This document shows positions 49,304 to 59,480 of a stretch of DNA of 64,000 nucleotides, in pieces. Under the pieces are notes generated by a model, which did not search any database, had not been told where the DNA came from, and worked only from the letters and a program-made list of their open reading frames with translations. Every line of letters begins with the position of its first letter. Position 1 is the stretch's first letter. Both the position numbers and the translations under genes were made by a program. Source of the DNA: an uncultured Candidatus Saccharibacteria bacterium (GTDB lineage: Bacteria; Patescibacteriota; Saccharimonadia; Saccharimonadales; CAIOMD01); the NCBI GenBank assembly GCA_903859365.1, contig CAIOMD010000007.1, positions 64,477-128,476 on the forward strand, read 5' to 3'.

Positions 49304-49617
49304 TGGATTTTGTTTTATACCCACGAGTGAGTGAAAAAGCATATGGTAGTGCAACTACACTTAACTGCTATGTTTTCAACGTACCACTCACTACTAATAA
49401 GATTGAAATTAAGAAAGCTGTTGAAGCAAAATACGAAGTTACTGTAGAAACTGTTAACATCGTTCGCATGAAAGGCAAACAAGTTAATCGAGCAATTAAT
49501 AATCGTGGAACTCGAACAAGAGGAAAACGAATTGATTTCAAGAAAGCGTATGTGCTTGTTAAAGAAGGTCAATCAATTCCTGTCTTTGCATCAGCTGAAG
49601 AAGAGGAGAAGAAATAA
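49303..49617 (+). CDS. rplW: 50S ribosomal protein L23
   Basis: MDFVLYPRVSEKAY... The ATG overlaps the rplD stop (TAATG). The track's start at 49282 lies inside rplD. Confidence 0.93.
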   Translation: MDFVLYPRVSEKAYGSATTLNCYVFNVPLTTNKIEIKKAVEAKYEVTVETVNIVRMKGKQVNRAINNRGTRTRGKRIDFKKAYVLVKEGQSIPVFASAEEEEKK

Positions 49618-50462
49618 TGGCTATTAAAGTATTAAATCCAACTACTCCTGGCCGACGTGGCATGACCACGCAGGACTTCTCTGATATAACTGCAAAGAAG
49701 AATAAGCCAGTTAAAAGCCTGATTACTATCAAAAAAGGTTCTGTTGGGCGAAATAACCAAGGACGTATTACTACTCGACATCGTGGTGGTGGCGTTCGAC
49801 GATACTACCGAAATGTTAATTTCAAGTTAGAAGCTGGCACACAAGCTGTTATCGAAGCTATTGAATATGATCCAAATCGATCTGCACGTATTGCTCGTAT
49901 CAAGGATCAAAACGGTGTTTATCACTATATTCTTGCAGCAAATGGCATGACTGTTGGACAAAAGATTGTTTCTGCAGAAGATGCTCCTATTGAAACTGGT
50001 AACAGGCTTCCTATTAAGAGTATCCCAACGGGTAGTGCTATTTATGCTATCGAACTTCAAATTGGTCGTGGTGCGCAACTTGTACGAAGTGCCGGTAACA
50101 ATGCACAGCTGGTTGCCAAAGAAGGCGATTACGCACAAGTAAAACTACCTTCAGGTGAAGTACGTCTTATACATGTTGATTGTACTGCCCAAATTGGAAC
50201 AGTCGGTAATGCTCAACACCAAAACGTTAAGATTGGTAAAGCTGGCCGAAACCGTAAGCTCGGCAAGCGACCAAGTGTTCGTGGTGTGGTTATGAATGCT
50301 GTTGATCATCCGCACGGTGGTGGAGACGGTGGACGTCACCGAATGGCTAAAGCGCCACGTACTCCATGGGGTCAGAAAACGCTTGGATACAAAACTCGAC
50401 GACGTAAGCTTACTAATTCATTTATTGTTAAAACTCGTCATCAGACTAAGAGGAGAGGTTAA
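49617..50462 (+). CDS. rplB: 50S ribosomal protein L2
   Basis: NAVDHPHGGGDGG and RGVVMN motifs. Confidence 0.98.
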   Translation: MAIKVLNPTTPGRRGMTTQDFSDITAKKNKPVKSLITIKKGSVGRNNQGRITTRHRGGGVRRYYRNVNFKLEAGTQAVIEAIEYDPNRSARIARIKDQNGVYHYILAANGMTVGQKIVSAEDAPIETGNRLPIKSIPTGSAIYAIELQIGRGAQLVRSAGNNAQLVAKEGDYAQVKLPSGEVRLIHVDCTAQIGTVGNAQHQNVKIGKAGRNRKLGKRPSVRGVVMNAVDHPHGGGDGGRHRMAKAPRTPWGQKTLGYKTRRRKLTNSFIVKTRHQTKRRG

Positions 50463-50465
50463 ACC

Positions 50466-50735
50466 ATGAGTCGTTCACTGAAAAAAGGACCATTTATTGA
50501 TCCAAAACTTGCAAAGAAAATTGCGAAACTTGGTAATGAAGATCGAACCATTATTAAAACATGGGCTCGTGCTTCTACAATCACCCCTGAATTTGTTGGT
50601 AAGACGATAGCGGTACACAACGGTCGTGTGCATGTACCCGTATTTGTTACAGAAAACATGGTTGGACATAAATTAGGTGAATTTTCGCCAACCCGTAAGT
50701 TCCGCTCGCACGGCGGTAAATTGGCTAAGAAGTAG
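50466..50735 (+). CDS. rpsS: 30S ribosomal protein S19
   Basis: [11 protein letters not shown]...IAVHNGR. Confidence 0.97.
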   Translation: MSRSLKKGPFIDPKLAKKIAKLGNEDRTIIKTWARASTITPEFVGKTIAVHNGRVHVPVFVTENMVGHKLGEFSPTRKFRSHGGKLAKK

Positions 50736-50746
50736 GAGTTAAAACT

Positions 50747-51151
50747 ATGTCTGTACTCGCAATTGCTAAAGGTGTAAGAATGAGCCCACGAAAAGTTGGG
50801 GTAGTTGCTGCTCTCGTAAGAGGCCGCACTGTTGCTGATGCACTCGTAATCCTAGAACACACTCCACGAAGAAGTGCTGAACCAGTCGCGAAGGTTATCG
50901 CAAGTGCTCGGGCTAACGCAGAGCACAACCATAACTTGAAGCCTGCTACGCTACGAATTGTAGAAATAAGTGTTTCTCCAGGTCAACGTCTGAAGAGATA
51001 TCGACCTGCTGCTCGTGGACGAGCAAATCCATTCCAACGTCGAACAAGTCACATTCGAGTTGTTGTTGATGGTGAAGCACGTGTATCTAAAAAAGTTGCT
51101 GAAAAGGCTCCAAAAGCTGACTCAGTTAAGGCTAAGAAGGAGACCAAATAA
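50747..51151 (+). CDS. rplV: 50S ribosomal protein L22 (Lys-rich C-terminal tail)
   Basis: VRMSPRKVGVVAALVRGRTVADAL. Confidence 0.96.
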   Translation: MSVLAIAKGVRMSPRKVGVVAALVRGRTVADALVILEHTPRRSAEPVAKVIASARANAEHNHNLKPATLRIVEISVSPGQRLKRYRPAARGRANPFQRRTSHIRVVVDGEARVSKKVAEKAPKADSVKAKKETK

Positions 51152-51780
51152 TGGGTCAAAAAGTAAATCCAATTAGTTTTCGACTACAGCTAAATAAGAA
51201 CTGGCGTAGTAAATGGTTCGCTCCTAAAAAGGATTACACCGTTTTCCTAACACAGGATCTTGCTGTTCGACGAATGATCGATAAGAAAATTGGTTCTCGT
51301 GGTGCTATTAATACAGTAGATATTGAACGATCTCCAAATATGGTATCAGTTACTATCCATACTGCTAAAGCTGGTGTTGTTATCGGCCGCGGTGGTGCGG
51401 GTGCACAAGAACTAAAGGCTGCTATTGAAAAAATTTATGGCATCCAAGTTCGAGTCAACATCGAAGAAGTTAAAAAGCCTGAATTGCATGCAAAATTAGT
51501 TGCTGAAAATATTGCCAACCAACTTGAACGGCGCATAGCTTTTAGACGAGCTATTAAGAGTTCTGCTGGTGCAACGATGCGTGCTGGCGCTAAGGGTATC
51601 CGTATTGAAGTTGCTGGACGACTTAATGGTGCTGAAATGTCACGAAGAGAAAAGATGATTGAAGGTTCAGTTCCGCTTCATACCCTTCGTGCTGATATAG
51701 ATTATGGATATATTAGAGCTAAGACTATCACCGGAATTATCGGTGTTAAGGTTTGGATCTATAAAGGAGAGGTAAACTAA
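51151..51780 (+). CDS. rpsC: 30S ribosomal protein S3
   Basis: [12 protein letters not shown]...KH domain [10 protein letters not shown]. Confidence 0.97.
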   Translation: MGQKVNPISFRLQLNKNWRSKWFAPKKDYTVFLTQDLAVRRMIDKKIGSRGAINTVDIERSPNMVSVTIHTAKAGVVIGRGGAGAQELKAAIEKIYGIQVRVNIEEVKKPELHAKLVAENIANQLERRIAFRRAIKSSAGATMRAGAKGIRIEVAGRLNGAEMSRREKMIEGSVPLHTLRADIDYGYIRAKTITGIIGVKVWIYKGEVN

Positions 51781-51781
51781 T

Positions 51782-52198
51782 ATGTTACTCCCAAATAAAA
51801 TGAAGCACCGAAAGGTGTTCAAGGGTAAAATTCGTGGTACAGCAAGCGCTGGTAACTACATTGCTTACGGAAGTTATGCATTGCAGTCACTTGGTAATGA
51901 ACGTATCACGAGCCGCCAAATTGAATCAGCTCGTCAGGCTATGACACGATATATTAAGCGTGGTGGCCGTATTTGGATTCGTATTTTTCCACATACGCCT
52001 GTTACTCGTAAACCACAAGACGTTAAAATGGGTAGCGGTAAAGGTAATCCTGAGTTCTTCGTAGCTAAGGTTAAACCGGGAACAATTCTTTTTGAAATGG
52101 CTGACGTTACTGAAGTGCAAGCCCGAGAAGCAATGCGACTCGCAGCACATAAGTTGCCTGTTCGAACTCGATTTATTACAGATAAGGAGAGCATCTAA
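51782..52198 (+). CDS. rplP: 50S ribosomal protein L16
   Basis: [19 protein letters not shown]. Confidence 0.97.
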   Translation: MLLPNKMKHRKVFKGKIRGTASAGNYIAYGSYALQSLGNERITSRQIESARQAMTRYIKRGGRIWIRIFPHTPVTRKPQDVKMGSGKGNPEFFVAKVKPGTILFEMADVTEVQAREAMRLAAHKLPVRTRFITDKESI

Positions 52199-52437
52199 TG
52201 GCTACCAAGAAACCAGTAACTAAGAAAACCGAAGTTAAGAGCGTATCGTTCAAAGACATGACGATCAAGGAATTACAAGCAGCGGCTATAACCCTTCAAA
52301 ATGAAGCAGTTGAGCTCAAGCGCGGAACTAAGGTTGGTGATGTTCAGAATGTACATGCTTACAGCGTGAAACGTAAAGAAGTTGCTCGAGTGTTAACTGC
52401 CTTAAACGCCAAGAAGGCATTAGGAGAGGAAAAGTAG
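52198..52437 (+). CDS. rpmC: 50S ribosomal protein L29 (with basic N-terminal extension)
   Basis: Operon position, plus KELQAAAITLQNEAVELKRG. Confidence 0.9.
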   Translation: MATKKPVTKKTEVKSVSFKDMTIKELQAAAITLQNEAVELKRGTKVGDVQNVHAYSVKRKEVARVLTALNAKKALGEEK

Positions 52438-52438
52438 T

Positions 52439-52720
52439 ATGGCACGAATATTAAGTGGAGTAGTAACTTCAGCTAAACCAGATAAGACGATTGTTGTTTC
52501 TGTGCAAACAAGAAAAACTCATCCTATCTATAAGAAGCAGTACTCAGTAAGTAAGAAGTTTATGGCTCATGATGAAAAGAATGAAGCTCGTGAAGGCGAC
52601 AAAGTTCAGATTACTGAAAGCCGTCCTTTGAGCGCTCGTAAACGTTGGACGCTTACTAAGATTGTCGATACAGCGCAAGTTAAGCACGTCGAAACCAAAG
52701 AAGATGGAGAGGATAAGTAA
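52439..52720 (+). CDS. rpsQ: 30S ribosomal protein S17
   Basis: [16 protein letters not shown]...[22 protein letters not shown]. Confidence 0.96.
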   Translation: MARILSGVVTSAKPDKTIVVSVQTRKTHPIYKKQYSVSKKFMAHDEKNEAREGDKVQITESRPLSARKRWTLTKIVDTAQVKHVETKEDGEDK

Positions 52721-53088
52721 TGATCCAACAAGAATCCCGGCTTCTAGTGTGTGATAACAGCGGTGCTAAAGAAATTCTTTGCATCCGTGTTCTTGGTGGC
52801 ACACGAAGACGATATGCACACGTTGGTGATGTTATCGTTGCAACCGTGAAGCAAGCTAACCCAGCCGGAACAGTAAAGAAGAAACAGGTGGTAAAAGCTG
52901 TTGTCGTTCGAACTCGTAATGTTATTCGACGTAAAGACGGCTCAACCATTCGTTTCGATGATAACGCAGCAGTAATTATCGGAGACGATAAGCTTCCTAA
53001 GGCTACACGTATTTTTGGGCCAGTTCCAAGAGAACTACGTGAACTTGGGTATGCAAAGATTATTAGCCTTGCACCGGAGGTACTCTAA
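52720..53088 (+). CDS. rplN: 50S ribosomal protein L14
   Basis: [18 protein letters not shown]. Confidence 0.98.
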   Translation: MIQQESRLLVCDNSGAKEILCIRVLGGTRRRYAHVGDVIVATVKQANPAGTVKKKQVVKAVVVRTRNVIRRKDGSTIRFDDNAAVIIGDDKLPKATRIFGPVPRELRELGYAKIISLAPEVL

Positions 53089-53089
53089 T

Positions 53090-53425
53090 ATGAATACAAC
53101 TAAGATATTTAAAATACGGCTCAAAAAAGGCGATACAGTGGTAGTTCGCTCAGGCAAGTACAAGGGTAAGAGTGGTGTTATCACTGCAGTACACCCACAA
53201 GAAAACAAAGTTACTGTTGAAGGTATAAATATTGTTAAGAAGCACATGAAGCCAACACAAGCGCACCCGCAAGGCGGCATCGTTGAACTAACGAAACCAA
53301 TCTGGGTATCAAAAGTTGGACTTATGGATGCTACTTCTAAAAAACCTGTGAGAGTTGCTTACAAGTTAGATAAAGAAGGCAATAAAGTACGTGTAAACGC
53401 TAAGACGAAGAAGGAGATCAAATAA
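53090..53425 (+). CDS. rplX: 50S ribosomal protein L24
   Basis: IRLKKGDTVVVRSGKYKGKSGVI (KOW). ATG at 53090 lies just after the rplN stop. The track's start at 53015 lies inside rplN. Confidence 0.95.
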   Translation: MNTTKIFKIRLKKGDTVVVRSGKYKGKSGVITAVHPQENKVTVEGINIVKKHMKPTQAHPQGGIVELTKPIWVSKVGLMDATSKKPVRVAYKLDKEGNKVRVNAKTKKEIK

Positions 53426-54009
53426 TGGCTACATCAAAGACTATTGCCGTATCGACTACTCGTTTTAAAGATGCGTACAATGCAACCTACAAGCAAGAAC
53501 TCCTCAAAGAACTCGCACTTAAGAATCCTAATCAAGTTCCAAAACTTGAAAAGATTGTTTTAAACGTGGGTCTTGGGAAAGCTAAGGATGATAAGAAGGT
53601 AATGGAAGTTGCTACAAACACACTTCGTAAAATTACTGGACAACAACCGAACCAAACAACAGCTCGTTTGAGCATCGCGACCTTCAAATTACGTGAAGGT
53701 AACAAAATTGGCCTGAAGGTAACACTTCGAGGCGATAAAATGTATGAATTCATGGATCGACTAATTACTATTGTCTTACCTCGAGTTCGTGACTTCCATG
53801 GAGTTTCTAAATCTGCTTTCGATAAGCAAGGAAACTACAGCTTAGGTCTTAAGGATCAATCTGTATTCCCTGAGCTATCATTTGAAGAAACAACTACCCT
53901 TCATGGGATGCAAATTAATTTCGTTATTAACAATGCTAAAGATGCAACTAAAGGACGAGCTTTACTTGAAAAGTTCGGAATGCCGTTTGAGAAAGAAAGG
54001 AAGGCTTAA
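53425..54009 (+). CDS. rplE: 50S ribosomal protein L5
   Basis: VPKLEKIVLNVGLG...VTLRGDKMYEFMDRL. Confidence 0.97.
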   Translation: MATSKTIAVSTTRFKDAYNATYKQELLKELALKNPNQVPKLEKIVLNVGLGKAKDDKKVMEVATNTLRKITGQQPNQTTARLSIATFKLREGNKIGLKVTLRGDKMYEFMDRLITIVLPRVRDFHGVSKSAFDKQGNYSLGLKDQSVFPELSFEETTTLHGMQINFVINNAKDATKGRALLEKFGMPFEKERKA

Positions 54010-54012
54010 AGT

Positions 54013-54282
54013 ATGGCTAAGAAATCTATTGTAGTTCGTGATGAAAAGCGACGCCGAATGCATGATAAATATGCTGCAAAGCGTGCAGAGCTAAAAGCGC
54101 TTGGCGATGCTGATGGTCTTGCTCTATTACCTCGCAACAGTAGCCCAACAAGATTAAAGAATCGATGCAGCGAGACAGGTCGTCCTCGTGCATACATGCG
54201 CCGATTTGGTTTAAGCCGAATCAGCTTCCGTGAACATGCAAGCAAAGGTGAAATTCCTGGCATAACTAAGTCGAGCTGGTAG
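54013..54282 (+). CDS. rpsN: 30S ribosomal protein S14 (long, non-zinc-ribbon form)
   Basis: 89 aa. [26 protein letters not shown]...KSSW. It lacks the CxxC pairs of the short form. Confidence 0.95.
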   Translation: MAKKSIVVRDEKRRRMHDKYAAKRAELKALGDADGLALLPRNSSPTRLKNRCSETGRPRAYMRRFGLSRISFREHASKGEIPGITKSSW

Positions 54283-54296
54283 AAGGAGTAAGAAAT

Positions 54297-54692
54297 ATGT
54301 TATCAACAGATCCAATCGCAGACATGCTTACTCGTGTACGAAACGCAGTTGCAGTTCAAAAGACTGAAGTAAGTATGCCCTATAGTAAAGTTAAGCAAAC
54401 AGTTGCTGAAGTGCTGGCACGAAATCACTTTGTTACTAAAGTTGAAGTAGCTGGTGAAGGTAACTTCAAAATGCTTAAAATCGTTATTAACGAAGCAGAA
54501 ACAAATGCTCCAATTACTGAAATCGTACGATTAAGTAAACCTGGACGTCGTCTTTATTCTAACGCTAAGGAAATACCTGTCGTTAAGAATGGACGAGGTA
54601 TTGTTGTTATTTCAACGAGCAAAGGCATTATGACTGGCAAAGAAGCTAAGGCTGCAGGCCTTGGTGGTGAATTAATTTGTAAGGTTTATTAA
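54297..54692 (+). CDS. rpsH: 30S ribosomal protein S8
   Basis: DPIADMLTRVRNA. Confidence 0.97.
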   Translation: MLSTDPIADMLTRVRNAVAVQKTEVSMPYSKVKQTVAEVLARNHFVTKVEVAGEGNFKMLKIVINEAETNAPITEIVRLSKPGRRLYSNAKEIPVVKNGRGIVVISTSKGIMTGKEAKAAGLGGELICKVY

Positions 54693-54710
54693 AAAAGTAA
54701 GGAATATATT

Positions 54711-55250
54711 ATGAGTCGAGTTGGAAAACTACCTATCGAAATACCGAATGGTGTGACAATCACTGTCGACGCAGATTTTGTGACCGTAACAGGTCCAAAA
54801 GGAACATTACAGCAATTTACTGTTCCTGGAGTAAACATCAGCGTTGAAGGAAATCAGTGTATCGTTACCCGTGAGAGTGATGCTCGCGAGCATCGTTCTA
54901 AACATGGTCTTATTCGAGCACTCATCAACAACATGGTTGTTGGTGTTACTTCAGGCTTCGAAAAGAAGCTGGAAATTAATGGTGTTGGATACCGAGCTAA
55001 TATGGAAGGTGCAAAGCTAAAGCTACAATTAGGCTATAGCCACGACATTTTCTATCCAATGCCGGAAAATATTAAATTAGTGGTAGAACAAAACGTCATC
55101 ACTGTAAGTGGTATCTCAAAGCAACAGGTTGGACAGGTTGCTGCAGAAATACGTTCATTCAGAAAACCAGAACCTTATAAAGGTAAAGGGATTAAGTATG
55201 ATGACGAAAGAATTATCCGCAAGAGTGGTAAATCTGGAAAGGATAAGTAG
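54711..55250 (+). CDS. rplF: 50S ribosomal protein L6
   Basis: MSRVGKLPIEIPNGV...PEPYKGKGIKY. Confidence 0.97.
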   Translation: MSRVGKLPIEIPNGVTITVDADFVTVTGPKGTLQQFTVPGVNISVEGNQCIVTRESDAREHRSKHGLIRALINNMVVGVTSGFEKKLEINGVGYRANMEGAKLKLQLGYSHDIFYPMPENIKLVVEQNVITVSGISKQQVGQVAAEIRSFRKPEPYKGKGIKYDDERIIRKSGKSGKDK

Positions 55251-55259
55251 GAGTAAATT

Positions 55260-55613
55260 ATGAATCGACATCTCAAAAAAGTACAGAATTTAAAGCTCCG
55301 AAAAAACCGAGTTCGGAGTACTATTAGCGGAACTGAAAGTCGTCCACGGCTTACAGTAACCATTTCTAATCTGCACATCAGTGCACAGCTTATTAATGAT
55401 GAAAAAGGTATAACCCTTGCAACTGCTACAACTGTAGGAAAAAAACTTGAAGGAACTATGACTGAAAAAGCTGCAGTTATTGGTAAAGAAATAGCTAAAG
55501 GTGGTAAGAAGGCTAAAATTACTAAAGTTGTATTTGACCGAAACGGTCGTATTTACCATGGTCGTATTAAAGCGCTAGCTGAAGCTGCGCGAGCAGAAGG
55601 ACTGGAGTTTTAA
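55260..55613 (+). CDS. rplR: 50S ribosomal protein L18
   Basis: [18 protein letters not shown]...[20 protein letters not shown]. Confidence 0.96.
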   Translation: MNRHLKKVQNLKLRKNRVRSTISGTESRPRLTVTISNLHISAQLINDEKGITLATATTVGKKLEGTMTEKAAVIGKEIAKGGKKAKITKVVFDRNGRIYHGRIKALAEAARAEGLEF

Positions 55614-55615
55614 TT

Positions 55616-56164
55616 ATGCAACCAAATAAAGATAATCGAAGAGATAATCGTAACAATCGACCTGAAGAAGAAAAACTTTTTGACGAACGAGTATTAAATA
55701 TTGATCGCGTTGCTCGTGTAGTAAAAGGTGGACGCCGATTTAGATTCCGAGCACTTGTTGTTGTTGGAGATAAAAAGGGTCGAGTTGGAATTGGTATTGC
55801 TAAAGGTGCTGACGTAACAACAGCTGTTTCAAAATCAGTTGATGTCGCAAAGAAGAACCTAGTGCACATAAATACCTACAAAGGTACCATTCCTCACGAA
55901 GTTCAAGCAAAGATCGGTGGCAGCAATATATTAATTAAGCCTGCAAGCCAGGGTACTGGTCTCATCGCCGGTGGAGTTGTTCGAACTATTTTGGAAGTTG
56001 CTGGTGTAGGTAATGCACTTAGTAAGTCACTCGGCTCAAGCAATAAAGTTAACACTGCCTATGCAACGTTTGCTGCACTGAACCAACTTGTGCCTGCAAC
56101 TAAATGGGTCACAAATATAGATAAGCCTATTACTAAAAAGCAAGTAGTGAAGGCGGAGAAATAA
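55616..56164 (+). CDS. rpsE: 30S ribosomal protein S5 (with Arg/Asn-rich N-terminal extension)
   Basis: [22 protein letters not shown]. Confidence 0.97.
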   Translation: MQPNKDNRRDNRNNRPEEEKLFDERVLNIDRVARVVKGGRRFRFRALVVVGDKKGRVGIGIAKGADVTTAVSKSVDVAKKNLVHINTYKGTIPHEVQAKIGGSNILIKPASQGTGLIAGGVVRTILEVAGVGNALSKSLGSSNKVNTAYATFAALNQLVPATKWVTNIDKPITKKQVVKAEK

Positions 56165-56165
56165 C

Positions 56166-56636
56166 ATGCAGTACCATGAACTACAAGTAGCGAAACAGAA
56201 GAAAACAAACCGTGTTGGTCGCGGTATTTCAGCCGGCCAAGGAAAAACAGCCGGCCGTGGTACTAAAGGTCAGAACGCACGTGCTGGTCACAGCCATCGT
56301 GCAGGGTTTGAAGGTGGACAAACGTCCCTCATGAAGCGATTGCCAAAACTCCGTGGTTTTAAAAGTATTCGACCTAAAATGGAAAATGTTTACACTTCAG
56401 CACTGAATGATTTTGCAAACAAAACTGCAGATAACACTTCTCTATATGAGGCTAAGCTTATTTCAAGCCCGTACGTACGAGTAAAAATTGTACTGAATGG
56501 TGAAATCACTTCTAAGGTAACTGCGATTGTCCAAGGTGCTTCAAAAGGTGCAACTGAAGCCATCGTAAAAGCTGGTGGAAGTGTCACCATTGTCGAGCAA
56601 GTTAAGCGACAAAAGAAACCTGTACCTAAGAAATAA
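56166..56636 (+). CDS. rplO: 50S ribosomal protein L15
   Basis: RVGRGISAGQGKTAGRGTKGQ. It starts 2 nt after the rpsE stop, leaving no room for rpmD. Confidence 0.96.
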   Translation: MQYHELQVAKQKKTNRVGRGISAGQGKTAGRGTKGQNARAGHSHRAGFEGGQTSLMKRLPKLRGFKSIRPKMENVYTSALNDFANKTADNTSLYEAKLISSPYVRVKIVLNGEITSKVTAIVQGASKGATEAIVKAGGSVTIVEQVKRQKKPVPKK

Positions 56637-56657
56637 AGAACTTTAAAAAATAAAAGA

Positions 56658-56685
56658 AAGACTCACTGACGGTGAGTCTTTTTTA
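56658..56685 (+). terminator. intrinsic terminator between rplO and secY
   Basis: AAGACTCAC-tgacg-GTGAGTCTT followed by TTTTT. Confidence 0.75.
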
Positions 56686-56730
56686 TGGTACAATATTTAA
56701 AAGTTTAAAGAAGTGAAGAGGGTTTTGTTG

Positions 56731-58215
56731 ATGAACTGGAAGATAATACTGCGATCTATTTCAAGTCCGGACATGCGTAAAAGAATACTTGCCGTTATTG
56801 GCATGCTTGTTGTTTTTAGAATGCTGGCGCATATCCCGATTCCACTTACCGACCCAACAACACTAAAGCAAATTCTAAATAACGTTTTTAATCAAGCTGG
56901 ATCATCTCAATTGCTTGGTTTCCTTAATGTGTTAAGTGGTGGAGCACTTGCTAATTTCTCAATCATGCTCGTTGGCATGGGGCCATTTATTAATGCTAGT
57001 ATTATCATGCAGTTACTCACGAAAGCTATTCCAAAGCTCGAGGCGTTAAATAAAGAAGGCGAATACGGCCGTAAGAAAATACAGCAGTGGACGCGTATGT
57101 TGACGCTTCCTCTTGCAATGGTGCAATCAGTCGGAACAATTTTCCTTGTACGTCAGTCTGCTGCAAGTTTCGGTGGACTAGGTAATCTTATTTCAACTGC
57201 TACTCCAATGCAGTGGGCTCTCATGGTTGCAACACTCACTGGTGGATCGATGCTACTTATGTGGTTTGGAGAACTTATAACTGAGCAAGGTATTGGAAAT
57301 GGTATCTCACTTGTTATCACCGTTGGAATCGTAGCTTCACTGCCAAGTATTATTGGTAACCTCATTTCATCAGTTATCCAAAAAGGCTCTCATTTTAAAA
57401 TATTTGGACATTTCAACTTTCCTATTAACTCTAAATCTCTATGGGTAACGTTGGGAATTGTAGCGGCCTCACTGCTTGTAACAGTGTTCGTGGTATACAT
57501 TAATGAAGCGCAGCGAAGAATCACTATTAGCTATGCTAAGAGATTACAGGGAAACCGTATTTATGGCGGTGTGACTTCAGTGCTTCCAGTTAGACTTATT
57601 ACGGCTGGTGTGGTTCCAATTATTTTTGCACTCGCTTTCTTGTCTTTGCCCGCATTCGTCGGTCAATTGCTTTCTAAGAGTGCACATGGGCATCTTCAAA
57701 CGTTTGGTGCTCACTTAGTAACTTGGTTTCAGAATCCAACTCCCCAAACTTTGGCAGCTGGTGGGTGGCAGCCATATCTCTATCCAGTTCTGTATTTCCT
57801 ACTGGTATTTGTATTTACCTTCTTCTATACAAGCGTAGTATTTAACGCCAAAGAGATCGCAGAGAACCTGCAAAAACAAGGTGGATTCATAGATGGCGTT
57901 CGTCCTGGAGCTCAAACTGAGAAATATCTTGTTAAGATCGTTAATCGCTTGACTATGTTCGGTGCCTTGGCCTTAGCACTCTTAGCGATTCTTCCAATTA
58001 TTGCCCAAGGGCTACTAAAGACGAATCAAATTGCTATTGGCGGAACAAGTATTTTGATTCTTGTATCTGTTGCGCTAGATACGTTACGGCAACTTGAATC
58101 ACGTGCACTCATGATTACTTATGACGATTACACAATAAATATAGATAATGACAGCAATGAAAAAAGACATAAACGTATTGCTTTTAGGCGCAACAAATCT
58201 GAGAGTCCCGCTTAA
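56731..58215 (+). CDS. secY: preprotein translocase subunit SecY
   Basis: Ten-TM SecY profile (GMGPFINASIIMQLL, GELITEQGIGNGISL). ATG at 56731 is preferred over the GTG at 56713. Confidence 0.96.
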   Translation: MNWKIILRSISSPDMRKRILAVIGMLVVFRMLAHIPIPLTDPTTLKQILNNVFNQAGSSQLLGFLNVLSGGALANFSIMLVGMGPFINASIIMQLLTKAIPKLEALNKEGEYGRKKIQQWTRMLTLPLAMVQSVGTIFLVRQSAASFGGLGNLISTATPMQWALMVATLTGGSMLLMWFGELITEQGIGNGISLVITVGIVASLPSIIGNLISSVIQKGSHFKIFGHFNFPINSKSLWVTLGIVAASLLVTVFVVYINEAQRRITISYAKRLQGNRIYGGVTSVLPVRLITAGVVPIIFALAFLSLPAFVGQLLSKSAHGHLQTFGAHLVTWFQNPTPQTLAAGGWQPYLYPVLYFLLVFVFTFFYTSVVFNAKEIAENLQKQGGFIDGVRPGAQTEKYLVKIVNRLTMFGALALALLAILPIIAQGLLKTNQIAIGGTSILILVSVALDTLRQLESRALMITYDDYTINIDNDSNEKRHKRIAFRRNKSESPA

Positions 58216-58286
58216 TATGGTTTTCACTTTAAAAACCCTTTACAAACAGTGGATATCTGTAGTAAAATAAGAATCTGTTGTAATAT

Positions 58287-58508
58287 ATGGCTAATACTAA
58301 AGAAGTAATCGAGCTTAACGGCACAATTGTGGAAACCCTTCCGGGTACCCAATTTAAGGTTGAGCTTGAAAATGGCCATGTGATTATAGCTCACGTTGCT
58401 GGAAAAATGCGGAAGCACTATATCCGCATCGTACCCGGTGACAGCGTGACGGTTGAATTGACGCCTTACGATCTTACGAAGGGTCGCATAACCTACCGCA
58501 AATCATAG
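58287..58508 (+). CDS. infA: translation initiation factor IF-1
   Basis: [26 protein letters not shown]...[10 protein letters not shown]. Confidence 0.97.
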   Translation: MANTKEVIELNGTIVETLPGTQFKVELENGHVIIAHVAGKMRKHYIRIVPGDSVTVELTPYDLTKGRITYRKS

Positions 58509-58558
58509 TTTATTAATTAAAGCAGTGTGTCACACAGCTAAAAGGAGTGTTGATCCGC

Positions 58559-58675
58559 ATGAAAGTGCGTGCTAGCGTAAAAAAGATAAGTCCTGACGAT
58601 ATTATTGTCCGCCGCAAAGGTCGACTTTATGTCATCAATAAATTAAAGCCAAAACATAAGCAGAGGCAGGGTTAA
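58559..58675 (+). CDS. rpmJ: 50S ribosomal protein L36, Cys-free form (absent from the ORF track because under 60 aa)
   Basis: Hand translation: [45 protein letters not shown] lies upstream. It sits in the canonical slot between infA and rpsM. Confidence 0.92.
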   Translation: MKVRASVKKISPDDIIVRRKGRLYVINKLKPKHKQRQG

Positions 58676-58677
58676 AT

Positions 58678-59061
58678 ATGGCTCGTATTAGTGGAGTTAC
58701 AATTCCTAATGAAAAACAAGTATGGGTTGCTCTTACCTATGTTCACGGTATTGGCCCTAAGACTTCATACGACATCCTAGCCAAGGCTAAGGTTGATCCT
58801 ATTACTCGAACTAAAGATCTTGATGATTCCCAAATCGGTCGTATTCAGGAAGTCATTAATGATAACTACGACGTTGAAGGTGAATTACAGCGAATAGTTG
58901 TAGCGAACATCAAGCGTCTCAAAGATATTAAAGCGTATCGAGGTATCCGACATAGTCAGAACCTTCCTAGTCGCGGACAACGGACTAAAACGAATGCTCG
59001 AACACGACGAGGTAAAAAAGTTACTGTTGGTGGAACAGCTAAGAAGGTAGCGGCTAAATAG
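58678..59061 (+). CDS. rpsM: 30S ribosomal protein S13
   Basis: MARISGVTIPNEKQVWVALTYVHGIG. Confidence 0.97.
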   Translation: MARISGVTIPNEKQVWVALTYVHGIGPKTSYDILAKAKVDPITRTKDLDDSQIGRIQEVINDNYDVEGELQRIVVANIKRLKDIKAYRGIRHSQNLPSRGQRTKTNARTRRGKKVTVGGTAKKVAAK

Positions 59062-59075
59062 CCCGGAGATATACT

Positions 59076-59471
59076 ATGGCAGATGCAAAAGTAGCAACCA
59101 AGAAGAAAAAAGCTAAACGAAGCGTACCGCACGGTCAAGTGCATATACAGGCAACATTTAATAATACTATCATCTCTGTAACAGATATGAACGGGGGACT
59201 ATTGAATGCAGCAAGTGCTGGAGCATGTGGTTTCCGCGGCAGTAAAAAAGGCACAGCTTATGCTGCGCAAGTAGCTGGTGAAAAAGCAATTACAGCAGCA
59301 AAGCAGATGTACGGCATTGTAAAAGCAGATGTTTACGTTAAAGGCATTGGGCTTGGACGTGATGCTGCAATTCGCGCTGTAGCAGCAGCTGATGTTGCAG
59401 TTGATTCTATTAAAGATGTAACTGGAGTGCCACATGGTGGATGTCGTCCTAAGAAAGCACGACGAATTTAG
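59076..59471 (+). CDS. rpsK: 30S ribosomal protein S11
   Basis: VHIQATFNNTIISVTD...GFRGSKKGT. Confidence 0.97.
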   Translation: MADAKVATKKKKAKRSVPHGQVHIQATFNNTIISVTDMNGGLLNAASAGACGFRGSKKGTAYAAQVAGEKAITAAKQMYGIVKADVYVKGIGLGRDAAIRAVAAADVAVDSIKDVTGVPHGGCRPKKARRI

Positions 59472-59480
59472 GAGTAACTT

